From: Candidatus Micrarchaeota archaeon
GTDB lineage: Archaea > Micrarchaeota > Micrarchaeia > Micrarchaeales > CABMGC01
DNA length: 64,000 nucleotides
NCBI GenBank assembly: GCA_028866995.1
Contig: JAGWHD010000001.1
Location: 465,030-529,029 of the forward strand
Reading direction: 5' to 3'
Below, piece by piece: positions 9,747-18,969 of the stretch. The stretch's first letter is position 1. Every line of letters begins with the position of its first letter. The notes beneath the pieces were generated by a model. The model ran no database searches. It was given only the letters and a program-made list of their open reading frames with translations, and was not told where the DNA came from. A program made the position numbers and the translations under genes.

Positions 9747-10412
9747 ATGAGGATGAAGATCGAAGATCTGAACTGGATAGGACATGCTGGATTCCTGATA
9801 AGGGATTCAGGGAAGAACATATACATGGACCCGTTCATGATAGACGGGGTTGAGGACAAGGCAGACATAGTCTTCATAACGCACCCGCACTTCGACCATC
9901 TGAACCAGGACGACCTGAAGAGGATAGTGACCGACAAGACAACTGTCATAGTCCCGAAGAGCTGCGCAGCAGAGATCAAGAAGGGCAAGGTATATCCTGT
10001 AGAGCCCAACAAGGAGTACGAAGTCGAAGGGATCAAGTTCAGGACAGTTCCTGCTTATAACGTGGTCAGCGAGAGGCTTGACAAGCATCCAAGGACGAAC
10101 AACTGGGTCGGTTACATAGCCGATATCAGCGGCACAAAGATCTACCATCCTGGGGATACCGATTTCATACCAGAAATGAACGGCCTCCAGACTGACATAG
10201 CGTTGCTTCCTATGAGCGGCACATACACCATGGACGTCAACGAGGCCATAGAGGCGGCCAAGGCCATCAAGGCAGGCAAGGTAATACCTATGCACTACAA
10301 GATGGTGCTGGGAGAAGAGAATTCAAGACTCGCAGAGAAGCTGTTCAAGGAGAAGGTGAAGAACAGCGTGTTCCTGAAGGAGATAATACCGGCGAAGTAC
10401 TCATTCCAGTAG
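9747..10412 (+). CDS. MBL-fold metallo-hydrolase
   Basis: HxHxDH motif (THPHFDH) and a later H/D ligand (PMHY). ~220 aa, UPF0173-like. Confidence 0.7.
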   Translation: MRMKIEDLNWIGHAGFLIRDSGKNIYMDPFMIDGVEDKADIVFITHPHFDHLNQDDLKRIVTDKTTVIVPKSCAAEIKKGKVYPVEPNKEYEVEGIKFRTVPAYNVVSERLDKHPRTNNWVGYIADISGTKIYHPGDTDFIPEMNGLQTDIALLPMSGTYTMDVNEAIEAAKAIKAGKVIPMHYKMVLGEENSRLAEKLFKEKVKNSVFLKEIIPAKYSFQ

Positions 10413-11183
10413 CGCGGATAGATGCTTGGATACCTCGAGGATTCTCTCAGGGGACAGCTTGAACACTCTCTCGCCTTTCAGCTCTATCCTATCCGCAATC
10501 TTCTCCAATTCGCCCTTATCCATGCCGATGGATGACGAAGAGTCAATTATGGCGTTCCTAAGAAGCTTCTTCTTGTGCTGCATTATCAGGCCTATGAGCT
10601 CCATCTCACGCTCGGTTATGGCAACCTTCTTCGGCTGCATGTAGATGATTGCGGAATCGACCTTCGGGACAGGCCTGAAGCTCCCCTTCTTCACGTTCAT
10701 GATCTTTACTATCCTGAAAAGAAGCGAGGACATGACGCTGAGCTTCGAGTAGCTCCTGGTGTCTGGTTTCGCGAGCATATGCTCCACGAACTCCTTCTGC
10801 AGGCAGAGCACAGCCTCAAGCCTGTTCTGCGCAAGCCATTCTATCACGCTGCTGGAAAGGTAGTAAGGTATGTTCGAGATGACTATGTCTACCTTGCCCA
10901 GCTTCTTGTCATCCTTAAGGTCCATGAAATCTGCTGGCAGGAGCTCAAGGTTCTTGTGCAGCTCCCCTAATCTGACTTCAAGGAGCCTGCACAGCCTCTC
11001 GTCCTTCTCAACAGCTATAACCTCCTTCGCGTTCTTGCACAACTCCTCTGTCAGTATCCCCTGTCCTGGGCCTATCTCAAGCACCGTCTTACCCACGGCA
11101 TGAGCCGCCTCGGCCGCGGCAACGTCCCTATTGATGAGGAAGACCTGCCCAAGGCTCTTCTTGGCCCTTAACACATCCATCAA
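10401..11183 (-). CDS. rsmA: 16S rRNA (adenine-N6,N6)-dimethyltransferase
   Basis: KSLGQVFL, the SAM motif VLEIGPGQGILT, and NIPYYLSS. Confidence 0.85.
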   Translation of the reverse strand: MMDVLRAKKSLGQVFLINRDVAAAEAAHAVGKTVLEIGPGQGILTEELCKNAKEVIAVEKDERLCRLLEVRLGELHKNLELLPADFMDLKDDKKLGKVDIVISNIPYYLSSSVIEWLAQNRLEAVLCLQKEFVEHMLAKPDTRSYSKLSVMSSLLFRIVKIMNVKKGSFRPVPKVDSAIIYMQPKKVAITEREMELIGLIMQHKKKLLRNAIIDSSSSIGMDKGELEKIADRIELKGERVFKLSPERILEVSKHLSALLE

Positions 11184-11242
11184 GATCGCTGGTAGTAATG
11201 CGGTCGGGCAGCTTAATAATCTTAATCCCGAATTTATCTGTT

Positions 11243-11840
11243 GTATGAAACAGATGAAGGAACAGTCGGCAGTGGAGTTCCTGACAATCTACGGCTTCAT
11301 GTTCGTCATAATAGGAGTAACGATAACGATAATCGCGTTCGTCGCATACACGACAAATGGCTACATACCGCAGCAATGCAGCGGCCTGACAGGTCTCAAC
11401 TGCCAATTTGTCATATACTACTCGAACTCATTGCAGGCAAACGCAATAATAACAATGCAGCTGACGAATTCGCAGAGCGTCCCAATCAACATATCGAACA
11501 TAACCGTCAGCGTGAGGAACTTCACCTTCAACGGAACCTGCTCCCCACAGTTCATCAACCCCAGCGGCTGGACCGTCTGCACGATCCAGGGACCGTACAC
11601 ACCAACACTCGGGAGTCAGATTCAGGGATCCTACATAATCAGGGCAAAATACTGCAATTCCCCCATATCCAACCTCAATCAGACCTCATGCAACTTCGAG
11701 AAGGTCTCATATGTAGGCACGTTCATGACAACTGCGAGCAAACTCAGCACCACAACAACCTCATCAACATCCACAACATCTACCGCCTCTACGACCTCGT
11801 CGACCAGCACCACCACAACCTCTACATCAACATCTACCAC
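11243..11840 (+). repeat. ~598-bp direct repeat, copy 1 (5' module of paralog A)
   Basis: Translations in two + frames and one - frame are letter-identical to those 1544 nt downstream. Compare ORFs 11241-11882 with 12614-13420, and 11418-11600 with 12962-13144. Confidence 0.85.
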
Positions 11841-12744
11841 ATCAACAGTAGCTTACGTCTATTGCTCTGGGGGCGGAACTAATGGAGTATACTATGCTCC
11901 GATCTCTAGTACAGGAGTAGGAACCTGGAGTGTGGGCACCAACTATCCGTTAAGCAGTTGGGGGGAGCAAGGATGTGTGGCATACAACAACATAATCTAC
12001 TGTGTAGGTGGGCAGAGTGGTGGCACTAACACTCAAACGGTTTACTACGCCCCCATCTCCAGCACCGGCGTCGGCACCTGGACTGCAACAACCAGCTATC
12101 CCACTTCTTATACCTACAGAATCCAATGTGTCAATAGCAACAATTACATATACTGCATAGGCGGTTATTATTCTGCTTCTTCGATCAGCAATGTCTACTA
12201 CGCCCCCATCTCCAGCACCGGCGTCGGCACCTGGACCAGCACCACCAATTATCCTACGGTGATATGGGGCCACATATGCTCCGCTACCAACGGAGTGGCA
12301 TATTGTGTAGGCGGAACAAATAGCATTTCTGATACAAGTGCAGCATACTATTCCCCCCTTTCTAGCACTGGAGCAGGATTATGGGGCACTGGTACTGCTT
12401 ACCCTAGGATTGTTGAGGAAGCAGGCTGTACAGCTGCACCATCCGGTTACATATACTGTGCAACAGGTGGCTTCAACAACGGCGCCCTGAATGCAAAGGC
12501 CAGCTACTATGCAGCCATAAGCTCTGGAGTGGGGTCATGGGCAGCAACGACTGCGTACCCACTCAACGAAACCGACATAGCCTGTCTAAACAAAGACGGA
12601 TACATGTATTGCTTTGGAGGGTATACAAGCGGTGCGGTCAGCAACGTCTACTACGCACCCATCAGCAGCACCGGCGTCGGCACCTGGAGCGCAGGCACCA
12701 ATCTTCCTGTTGCCGAAACATCACCTATCTGCGTTACGCAATAA
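11245..12744 (+). CDS. pilin-like (class III signal peptide) surface protein: Cys-rich domain + Ser/Thr linker + six Kelch-like blades (paralog A)
   Basis: The start is chosen at MKQMKEQSAVEFL..., identical to paralog B. QSAxEFL plus a hydrophobic helix is the archaeal prepilin-type signal. A 30-aa S/T tract follows, then six repeats Y[IV]YC[VI]GG...VYYAPISSTGVGTW..T.YP. Confidence 0.6.
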   Translation: MKQMKEQSAVEFLTIYGFMFVIIGVTITIIAFVAYTTNGYIPQQCSGLTGLNCQFVIYYSNSLQANAIITMQLTNSQSVPINISNITVSVRNFTFNGTCSPQFINPSGWTVCTIQGPYTPTLGSQIQGSYIIRAKYCNSPISNLNQTSCNFEKVSYVGTFMTTASKLSTTTTSSTSTTSTASTTSSTSTTTTSTSTSTTSTVAYVYCSGGGTNGVYYAPISSTGVGTWSVGTNYPLSSWGEQGCVAYNNIIYCVGGQSGGTNTQTVYYAPISSTGVGTWTATTSYPTSYTYRIQCVNSNNYIYCIGGYYSASSISNVYYAPISSTGVGTWTSTTNYPTVIWGHICSATNGVAYCVGGTNSISDTSAAYYSPLSSTGAGLWGTGTAYPRIVEEAGCTAAPSGYIYCATGGFNNGALNAKASYYAAISSGVGSWAATTAYPLNETDIACLNKDGYMYCFGGYTSGAVSNVYYAPISSTGVGTWSAGTNLPVAETSPICVTQ

Positions 12745-12786
12745 GCTTATCAAACCATTAATAACCTTGACGCTGAAATTACGTCC

Positions 12787-13384
12787 GTATGAAACAGATG
12801 AAGGAACAGTCGGCAGTGGAGTTCCTGACAATCTACGGCTTCATGTTCGTCATAATAGGAGTAACGATAACGATAATCGCGTTCGTCGCATACACGACAA
12901 ATGGCTACATACCGCAGCAATGCAGCGGCCTGACAGGTCTCAACTGCCAATTTGTCATATACTACTCGAACTCATTGCAGGCAAACGCAATAATAACAAT
13001 GCAGCTGACGAATTCGCAGAGCGTCCCAATCAACATATCGAACATAACCGTCAGCGTGAGGAACTTCACCTTCAACGGAACCTGCTCCCCACAGTTCATC
13101 AACCCCAGCGGCTGGACCGTCTGCACGATCCAGGGACCGTACACACCAACACTCGGGAGTCAGATTCAGGGATCCTACATAATCAGGGCAAAATACTGCA
13201 ATTCCCCCATATCCAACCTCAATCAGACCTCATGCAACTTCGAGAAGGTCTCATATGTAGGCACGTTCATGACAACTGCGAGCAAACTCAGCACCACAAC
13301 AACCTCATCAACATCCACAACATCTACCGCCTCTACGACCTCGTCGACCAGCACCACCACAACCTCTACATCAACATCTACCAC
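12787..13384 (+). repeat. ~598-bp direct repeat, copy 2 (5' module of paralog B)
   Basis: Same as copy 1, at a constant offset of 1544 nt. Confidence 0.85.
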
Positions 13385-14303
13385 GACAACAGCACCATAC
13401 GTTTACTGCGTAGGCGGTAACACAGGCAGCGCGGTCAATAACGTCTATTATGCTCCAATTTCAACTACAGGTGTAGGTTCGTGGGCAGCAACAACAAACT
13501 ATCCAGTAAATATCAATGACTTTGTGTGCTCAACGTCAAATGGTTACGTTTACTGCGTAGGCGGATACACTGGTTCATCTTACCTAAGCACAGTCTACTA
13601 CGCCCCCATCTCCAGCACCGGCGTCGGCACCTGGACCAGCACAACGGCATATCCCCTCGCATCAGGCTATTATTCTACAAACGCATGCTCGGCATCAAAC
13701 GGTTACATATACTGTGTCGCAGGTTATACTCCTGGAGCATCGATCACAACAGTCTACTACGCCCCGATCTCCAGCACCGGCGTCGGCACCTGGACATCCA
13801 CTTCTAGTTATCCATTAAACGTCTATGTCCATACTTGCTCAATATCCAACGGTTACATATACTGTGTCGCAGGCGGGATTTACACCGGCGGTAACGACAA
13901 TCTTGTCAGCAACGTCTACTATGCTCCCATCTCCAGCACTGGCGTCGGCACCTGGACATCGACATCAAGTTACCTGGTAACCGATTACGGTCAGTCATGT
14001 TCCATATCAAGTGGCTACATCTACTGCTATGGCGGCGATGCTGCAGGATCATATACCACAGCAGTCTACTACGCCCCCATCTCCAGCACCGGCGTCGGCG
14101 CATGGTCCAGCACCGCAGCATATCCTCTCGCACTATTTAACTCACAATGCTCCATCTCCAATGGATACTTCTATTGCATCGCAGGTCATGGCAATACAAA
14201 CGCAGTCTACTACGCCCCGATCTCCAGCACAGGCGTCGGCACTTGGACAGCGTCAACATCCTATCCTCTCTCTATTTACTCGCATTCTTGCAATATTGGT
14301 TGA
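12789..14303 (+). CDS. pilin-like surface protein with six Kelch-like blades (paralog B)
   Basis: The first ~197 aa are identical to paralog A, followed by a diverged six-blade region with the same blade consensus. Confidence 0.6.
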   Translation: MKQMKEQSAVEFLTIYGFMFVIIGVTITIIAFVAYTTNGYIPQQCSGLTGLNCQFVIYYSNSLQANAIITMQLTNSQSVPINISNITVSVRNFTFNGTCSPQFINPSGWTVCTIQGPYTPTLGSQIQGSYIIRAKYCNSPISNLNQTSCNFEKVSYVGTFMTTASKLSTTTTSSTSTTSTASTTSSTSTTTTSTSTSTTTTAPYVYCVGGNTGSAVNNVYYAPISTTGVGSWAATTNYPVNINDFVCSTSNGYVYCVGGYTGSSYLSTVYYAPISSTGVGTWTSTTAYPLASGYYSTNACSASNGYIYCVAGYTPGASITTVYYAPISSTGVGTWTSTSSYPLNVYVHTCSISNGYIYCVAGGIYTGGNDNLVSNVYYAPISSTGVGTWTSTSSYLVTDYGQSCSISSGYIYCYGGDAAGSYTTAVYYAPISSTGVGAWSSTAAYPLALFNSQCSISNGYFYCIAGHGNTNAVYYAPISSTGVGTWTASTSYPLSIYSHSCNIG

Positions 14304-14317
14304 TAGACTGTCAATCT

Positions 14318-15343
14318 CTATTTTAGAATGCATGCGATGTTCTTGAAACTTGCGAGTTGCATCCCTGCATCGTCTTCAGAGTTGAAGATCTCAATCTTGA
14401 TACCGTGCCTGTCTGCGCTATCAAGAACGGTTTTTATCTCATCGTTGTTTATCACGCTATCATTGACTAACACGGTGTTGGCCGTACCATCGTCAATCAT
14501 GGACTTGACGCCATCAATCCCTGAATGGGCCCTTCCCATCCTGAGCTCAGTTATGAATAGGTTTAGATATTCGAACTCCTTCCTGACATGCTCATTCGAA
14601 AGCAGCTTCGCCACAACCTCCCCTTGCATCACCTCCCTTATTCCTGATCTTTCGGCATCGCTGGCAGGAGCATAGGCAAGCCTCTTGTTCATCTCTACGT
14701 GCTTCGACTCTATGTACTTCTTGATGTCGTCCTTCATGAAGCCTGGACCTGAGATTACCACTATATCTACCTTCATGCTGTTGACAAGGCCGAGAACCTC
14801 GTCGAAGTACTTGCTTAATGTCTTCGCATAGTCCTTCTCGCTCAGCCTCTTGCTCAGATGGCTGTAAATCTCGCTTATTATATCGATGCCGTATCCCTTG
14901 ATGTACGAGAAGAGCGCCTTCTCATCGTCCATGACGACTATACCGAGCTTTGGCTTCCTCGAGTCCACGACTGCCTGCTTGAGCCTCTTGATTACATAAT
15001 CCTTCCATTCCTTCTTCTGTATGTCAATGATATCCCCACCTCCTATGTTCACCGTGTGGTAGCTGCCTATGTTGATGAACTCCTCGGGATGGCCGCTGAT
15101 TATCTTGCCTGTGAACCGTATCCTTCCAGCATTCTTGTCTATCTCCGATTTCTCGACCAGTATCCTTACTGTTATGTCCTTCTGCTCCCCCTCGTCCCTC
15201 TCGTTGCCCCTGAACCTCCTGGTGCTCCTGGCCTCTATGACATCCCCTTTAGATATCACTATCGCCAGCAGGTAGAGATCGTCGAAGCTGTGCGGCTCCA
15301 CCTTCAGGCTGCTAGTGACTGGATTGAACCTTATTATCTTCAT
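14318..15343 (-). CDS. pelA: Pelota (Dom34) mRNA surveillance factor
   Basis: MKIIRF...SFDDLYLLAIVISKGDVIEARSTRR N-terminal domain and an eRF1-like central/C-terminal part. The start is placed at the MKII Met; the ORF opens 15 nt further upstream. Confidence 0.8.
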   Translation of the reverse strand: MKIIRFNPVTSSLKVEPHSFDDLYLLAIVISKGDVIEARSTRRFRGNERDEGEQKDITVRILVEKSEIDKNAGRIRFTGKIISGHPEEFINIGSYHTVNIGGGDIIDIQKKEWKDYVIKRLKQAVVDSRKPKLGIVVMDDEKALFSYIKGYGIDIISEIYSHLSKRLSEKDYAKTLSKYFDEVLGLVNSMKVDIVVISGPGFMKDDIKKYIESKHVEMNKRLAYAPASDAERSGIREVMQGEVVAKLLSNEHVRKEFEYLNLFITELRMGRAHSGIDGVKSMIDDGTANTVLVNDSVINNDEIKTVLDSADRHGIKIEIFNSEDDAGMQLASFKNIACILK

Positions 15344-16415
15344 GGGCACCAATTCCATATCTCTTCAGCAAGATTAAAAGCCCCTTTGCATCTGAGAAGC
15401 CGGAGTGGCTGGATGCCTTCCTGAGCCTGTTCATGATTGCAAGCCCTATTCCGCTGTCGCTGAACGATTCCACAACGGCAAAGTCAGCTCCAATAGAATC
15501 CACTCTTATCAGCGCGTCGAACAGGTTCCTTGCAATGTCTCCCATGTCCCTTCTCCTTCCCAGCTGTATCTTCCTGCCCTTTCCTATGGGGAGCATCGAG
15601 CATGCCTCATCCGTTCCTATGAAAGCGTACCTGGTCCTGATCCCGGAAAGGATTCCGGTAAGCGCACTCTTCCTGCCAGTATACATGAACAGCGGTGTGC
15701 TTGGGGCGTAGTGCCTGTACTTCGTACCTGGGCTTATCGCCTTCGTGACGCCCTTCTCCCCCTTCGTGACCGCATCCACCCTTGCTTTCCTCCCGAACGC
15801 AGTCTCTATATCGCGTTTTGTGAAGACTCCTGGCCTGAGTATGGCAAAGGTGCGCAGGTCAAGGACTGTCGATTCCAAACCAAGCCTGCTGTCCTTCGAG
15901 CCTATTATCACATCCACCTTGCCCTTGAAGTACCTCAGCGCGTGCCTGAATGCTGTAGATGATGGCATCTTCGAGGGGTTGGCGCTCGGAGCTGCTATCG
16001 GCACCCCTGCCTTCCCTATCAGCTCCAGCGCAACCTTGTTGTCAGGCATCCTTATCGCTATGGTGTCAAGCCCTCCGGTCACAGACCTGGGCACCTTGCC
16101 CGTTGACTTGACCACAACTGTGAGCGGCGCTGGCCATACCCTTGCCAGAATCTTCCTGTTCCTGCCATCTATCCTACCTATACCGCATGCCATCTCCATG
16201 TCAGACACATGGACAATGAGCGGATTGTCGCCTTCCCTGCCCTTTACCCTAAAGATCTCTCTACAGGCCCTGGCATCCAGCGCGTTAGCGCCTATGCCGT
16301 AGACGGTCTCGGTCGGGAATACGACTACCTTGCCCTTCCTTATTGCAGTTGCTGCCTGCGCTATCTTTTCCTTCTGGGGCTTGTCTGCGTCTATCCTTAG
16401 TATGCGCGTCCTCAT
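15312..16415 (-). CDS. sua5: L-threonylcarbamoyladenylate synthase (Sua5/YwlC with Sua5 C-terminal domain)
   Basis: VVVFPTETVYGIGANA, NPLIVHV and SANPS motifs. The 367-aa two-domain size fits. Confidence 0.85.
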   Translation of the reverse strand: MRTRILRIDADKPQKEKIAQAATAIRKGKVVVFPTETVYGIGANALDARACREIFRVKGREGDNPLIVHVSDMEMACGIGRIDGRNRKILARVWPAPLTVVVKSTGKVPRSVTGGLDTIAIRMPDNKVALELIGKAGVPIAAPSANPSKMPSSTAFRHALRYFKGKVDVIIGSKDSRLGLESTVLDLRTFAILRPGVFTKRDIETAFGRKARVDAVTKGEKGVTKAISPGTKYRHYAPSTPLFMYTGRKSALTGILSGIRTRYAFIGTDEACSMLPIGKGRKIQLGRRRDMGDIARNLFDALIRVDSIGADFAVVESFSDSGIGLAIMNRLRKASSHSGFSDAKGLLILLKRYGIGAHEDNKVQSSH

Positions 16416-16436
16416 CTGCTCACTGGCTAGAAGAAG

Positions 16437-17201
16437 CTACTTGTGCTTGGAGAATATGCCGTTTGCTGTAGATGCAGCTATCTCCGCAGGGCTTATTATC
16501 GTTGCATTGCTGCCCGCGAGGTTCCTCAGGTGCCTCTCGGTCTCCCTGTTCGGCGCTATCACAACGGTCTTGACCCTCTTTGCCAGCTCCCTTACCACCA
16601 TCAGGGTATAGACGGTTTTGGAGCTGTCCCTGTTGTCTATGACTATCCCGCTTGCCTTGTCAAGCCCGAATACCCTCATGTCGGATTCAGATATGGAATC
16701 TGCGACGAAGGCCCTTATTCCGTTGTCCCTCATCTTGTCCACTATGGTCTTGTCCGAGCTTATGAGTATGAACTTCTCGCCCTTCTCCTTGAACATGTCA
16801 GCGAGCGTCATGTTTGTCGTATTCGACCCTATCAGGACTATGTGCTTGTTCAGCACGCGCTTGTCGAAGGCAGTCAATCTGCCGGTCAATGCCTCTATCC
16901 TCTCGTTCATTATATCGCCAGCAAGCAGGACTATCGTGCTAAGGAAGGTAGTGACTCCTGTTATTATTAATACCATGACAAAGACCTTCGCCTCGCCAGT
17001 CACGGGGTATATGTCCCCGTAACCCAGCGTCGATATCGTGATTATGGTGAAGTATATGGAGTTGAGGAAGGAGCCTATCGGCTGGTTGAAGCCGTCATGG
17101 TTTCCTATGTAATACGTGCCTACTGTGCCGAATACCAGCACAGCTACGAACGTGCCCATGTATATAGCTGCCGTCACCTTCGAGACCATACCCTCACTCA
17201 C
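16437..17201 (-). CDS. potassium channel with C-terminal RCK/TrkA-N domain
   Basis: K+ selectivity filter TLGYGD between two TM helices, then a Rossmann-like HIVLIGSN domain. Confidence 0.8.
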   Translation of the reverse strand: MSEGMVSKVTAAIYMGTFVAVLVFGTVGTYYIGNHDGFNQPIGSFLNSIYFTIITISTLGYGDIYPVTGEAKVFVMVLIITGVTTFLSTIVLLAGDIMNERIEALTGRLTAFDKRVLNKHIVLIGSNTTNMTLADMFKEKGEKFILISSDKTIVDKMRDNGIRAFVADSISESDMRVFGLDKASGIVIDNRDSSKTVYTLMVVRELAKRVKTVVIAPNRETERHLRNLAGSNATIISPAEIAASTANGIFSKHK

Positions 17202-17348
17202 ATATTCCAGCAGAAAATAATTAAGCCTTTGTCCAAGGCCTTCTCCTCTGCCTCAGCCTGTTGGCCATCCCCATCATGGCCGATATCTCCGGAGAGATGC
17301 TCTTTGCAAGGCCCCTGAGCGGCGCGGTCATCGGCTCCAGCCGATACG

Positions 17349-18149
17349 CTATAAAAAATCGTTCATGCGCCCTATGTCCTCCTTGGACATCTCGAAGCCC
17401 GATGCCGCGGCGTTCTCAGCCATGTGTTTCGGGTTCCCTGCCTTAGGTATCGCAACAACGTTCTCCTTTGAAAGCAGCCAGTTGAGCGCTATCTGCGCAA
17501 CGCTCTTTCCGTATTTCTTGCCTATCTCCTCGAGCATGCCGCACACCCTTGAGTACTTGGCATCGTACAGCCTTCCCATCGCCAATGGGCTGTAGGCTAT
17601 GACAGTGACCTTCTCCTTCTGGCAGTAGTCCAGGAGGCCGTCCTCCACGTCCCTCACAAGAACGCTGTACTCAACCTGGTTGGATACTATCTCGTTCCTC
17701 TTCAGCGAATCCTGTGCAGCCTTCATCTCATCAACGGAGAAGTTGCTGACTCCTATGTATCTTATCTTGCCATCCTCTACCAGCTTCTCCATGGCCTTCA
17801 TGGTTTCCGCAATTGGAACCCTTGGATTGGGCCAATGCAGCTGGTAAAGGTCAATTGTCTTGATCCCGAGCTTCTCCAGGCTCGCGTTGCACGATTTTAT
17901 GACATCATCATATGCAAAATGGCTCGGGGAGACCTTTGTCGCTACGAACACCTCCTTCTCACCGTTCAGCGCCCTTCCCACTATGTCCTCAGTATGGTAC
18001 ATCTCAGCAGTATCAACGAACCTCATGCCTAACGAGAATCCTTCCTTGAGCGCGGCAAGCTCCTTCTCAGGGTCCTGCCCCAGCTTCCACGTTCCCATGC
18101 CCAGCTCAGGAATCATCTCCTTTGTCTTCCCAAGCTCCTTTTTCCTCAT
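17349..18149 (-). CDS. aldo/keto reductase
   Basis: LGMGTWKLG, DTAEMYHTE, LYQLHWP and IRYIGVSNF are AKR signatures. Confidence 0.8.
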   Translation of the reverse strand: MRKKELGKTKEMIPELGMGTWKLGQDPEKELAALKEGFSLGMRFVDTAEMYHTEDIVGRALNGEKEVFVATKVSPSHFAYDDVIKSCNASLEKLGIKTIDLYQLHWPNPRVPIAETMKAMEKLVEDGKIRYIGVSNFSVDEMKAAQDSLKRNEIVSNQVEYSVLVRDVEDGLLDYCQKEKVTVIAYSPLAMGRLYDAKYSRVCGMLEEIGKKYGKSVAQIALNWLLSKENVVAIPKAGNPKHMAENAAASGFEMSKEDIGRMNDFL

Positions 18150-18204
18150 GATTCTTATCTTGACAGCATGCTATATAAGATTGTTACGCAAATTCGGTTT
18201 GCGA

Positions 18205-18945
18205 ATGGCAATGGACTACGACAAGGACTTCGAGAGCGCGATGGTGCAGACAAGGCACGGCAGGATAAACACCATGCACCACAAGGGCAGCAGCGGCTTC
18301 CCGATGATATTCATACATGGTTTTGGCGCCAGCACAAGGACCTTCAAGAGGCTCATGCCCTACCTTGACAGCAAGCTGGACATATACCTGATAGACCTTC
18401 TCGGCCACGGAATGTCAGAAGATCCCGAAATAAGCTACTCGGTGCAGACACAGCTCGACGTACTCAGCGACTTCATATCGCAGCTCAAGCTCCCATCCCC
18501 TGTCCTATTCGGTCACTCCTACGGCGGATGGATAGCAACGCTCCACACCCTGAACACTGGCAACGTAAAGGGACTGATACTGGAGGATTCTGCAGGCCTG
18601 GAGGAGTTCTCCAAGGAGATGCACGAGGAAGGGCCAAAGTACAAGGCTGAGATGCTCAGGCAGGCTACGATGCTGAACGGCAGGGCCCACGTGATAAAGA
18701 GCGCCCTCGAAGCGGATGACAACGACCATCATATAGACGAGCATGATCTGGACAGGATAAAGGTGCCAACCCAGATAATATGGGGCAGCGCTGATGATAT
18801 AACGGCTGTGAAGTATGCGAGGATATTCGGCGACCACATAGAAGGCAGCAGGCTGAAGATAATGGAAGGGGTAGGCCATACGCCGCATTTCACAAACGCG
18901 GAGGAGGTTGCCTACGCCATAATGTACTTCCTCGGCGACCTTTGA
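18205..18945 (+). CDS. alpha/beta hydrolase
   Basis: The ATG at 18205 (MAMDYDK) avoids the overlap with the AKR gene. It has the HG oxyanion motif (IFIHGFGAS), the nucleophile elbow GHSYGG and a C-terminal GHTPH. Confidence 0.7.
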   Translation: MAMDYDKDFESAMVQTRHGRINTMHHKGSSGFPMIFIHGFGASTRTFKRLMPYLDSKLDIYLIDLLGHGMSEDPEISYSVQTQLDVLSDFISQLKLPSPVLFGHSYGGWIATLHTLNTGNVKGLILEDSAGLEEFSKEMHEEGPKYKAEMLRQATMLNGRAHVIKSALEADDNDHHIDEHDLDRIKVPTQIIWGSADDITAVKYARIFGDHIEGSRLKIMEGVGHTPHFTNAEEVAYAIMYFLGDL

Positions 18946-18969
18946 GCTAGCTTCTGTATCGTAACCCGC

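Noticed and set aside
11131-11244. Longer 537-aa version of pilin-like paralog A, starting inside the ksgA gene.
   Set aside because: Paralog B starts at the equivalent of 11245 with an identical sequence. DNA identity between the copies begins only 2 nt upstream of that ATG, and the extension overlaps the ksgA 5' end.
12040-14247. Regularly recurring 43-nt repeats, considered as a possible CRISPR-like array.
   Set aside because: The repeats are in frame within two long ORFs and encode the conserved VYYAPISSTGVGTW strand of each blade. Spacing is variable (~150-950 nt). There is no leader or cas context.
15312-15358. 32-47-nt same-strand overlap between the sua5 3' end and the pelota 5' end.
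   Set aside because: It is probably just a start-codon choice or a weakly constrained Sua5 C-terminal tail. There is no slippery sequence or other recoding signal.
17221-17331. 36-aa minus-strand ORF (MTAPLRGLAKSISPEISAMMGMANRLRQRRRPWTKA) between the aldo/keto reductase and K+ channel genes.
   Set aside because: There is no recognisable family and it is very short. It could simply be a spacer, so it is not reported as a feature.
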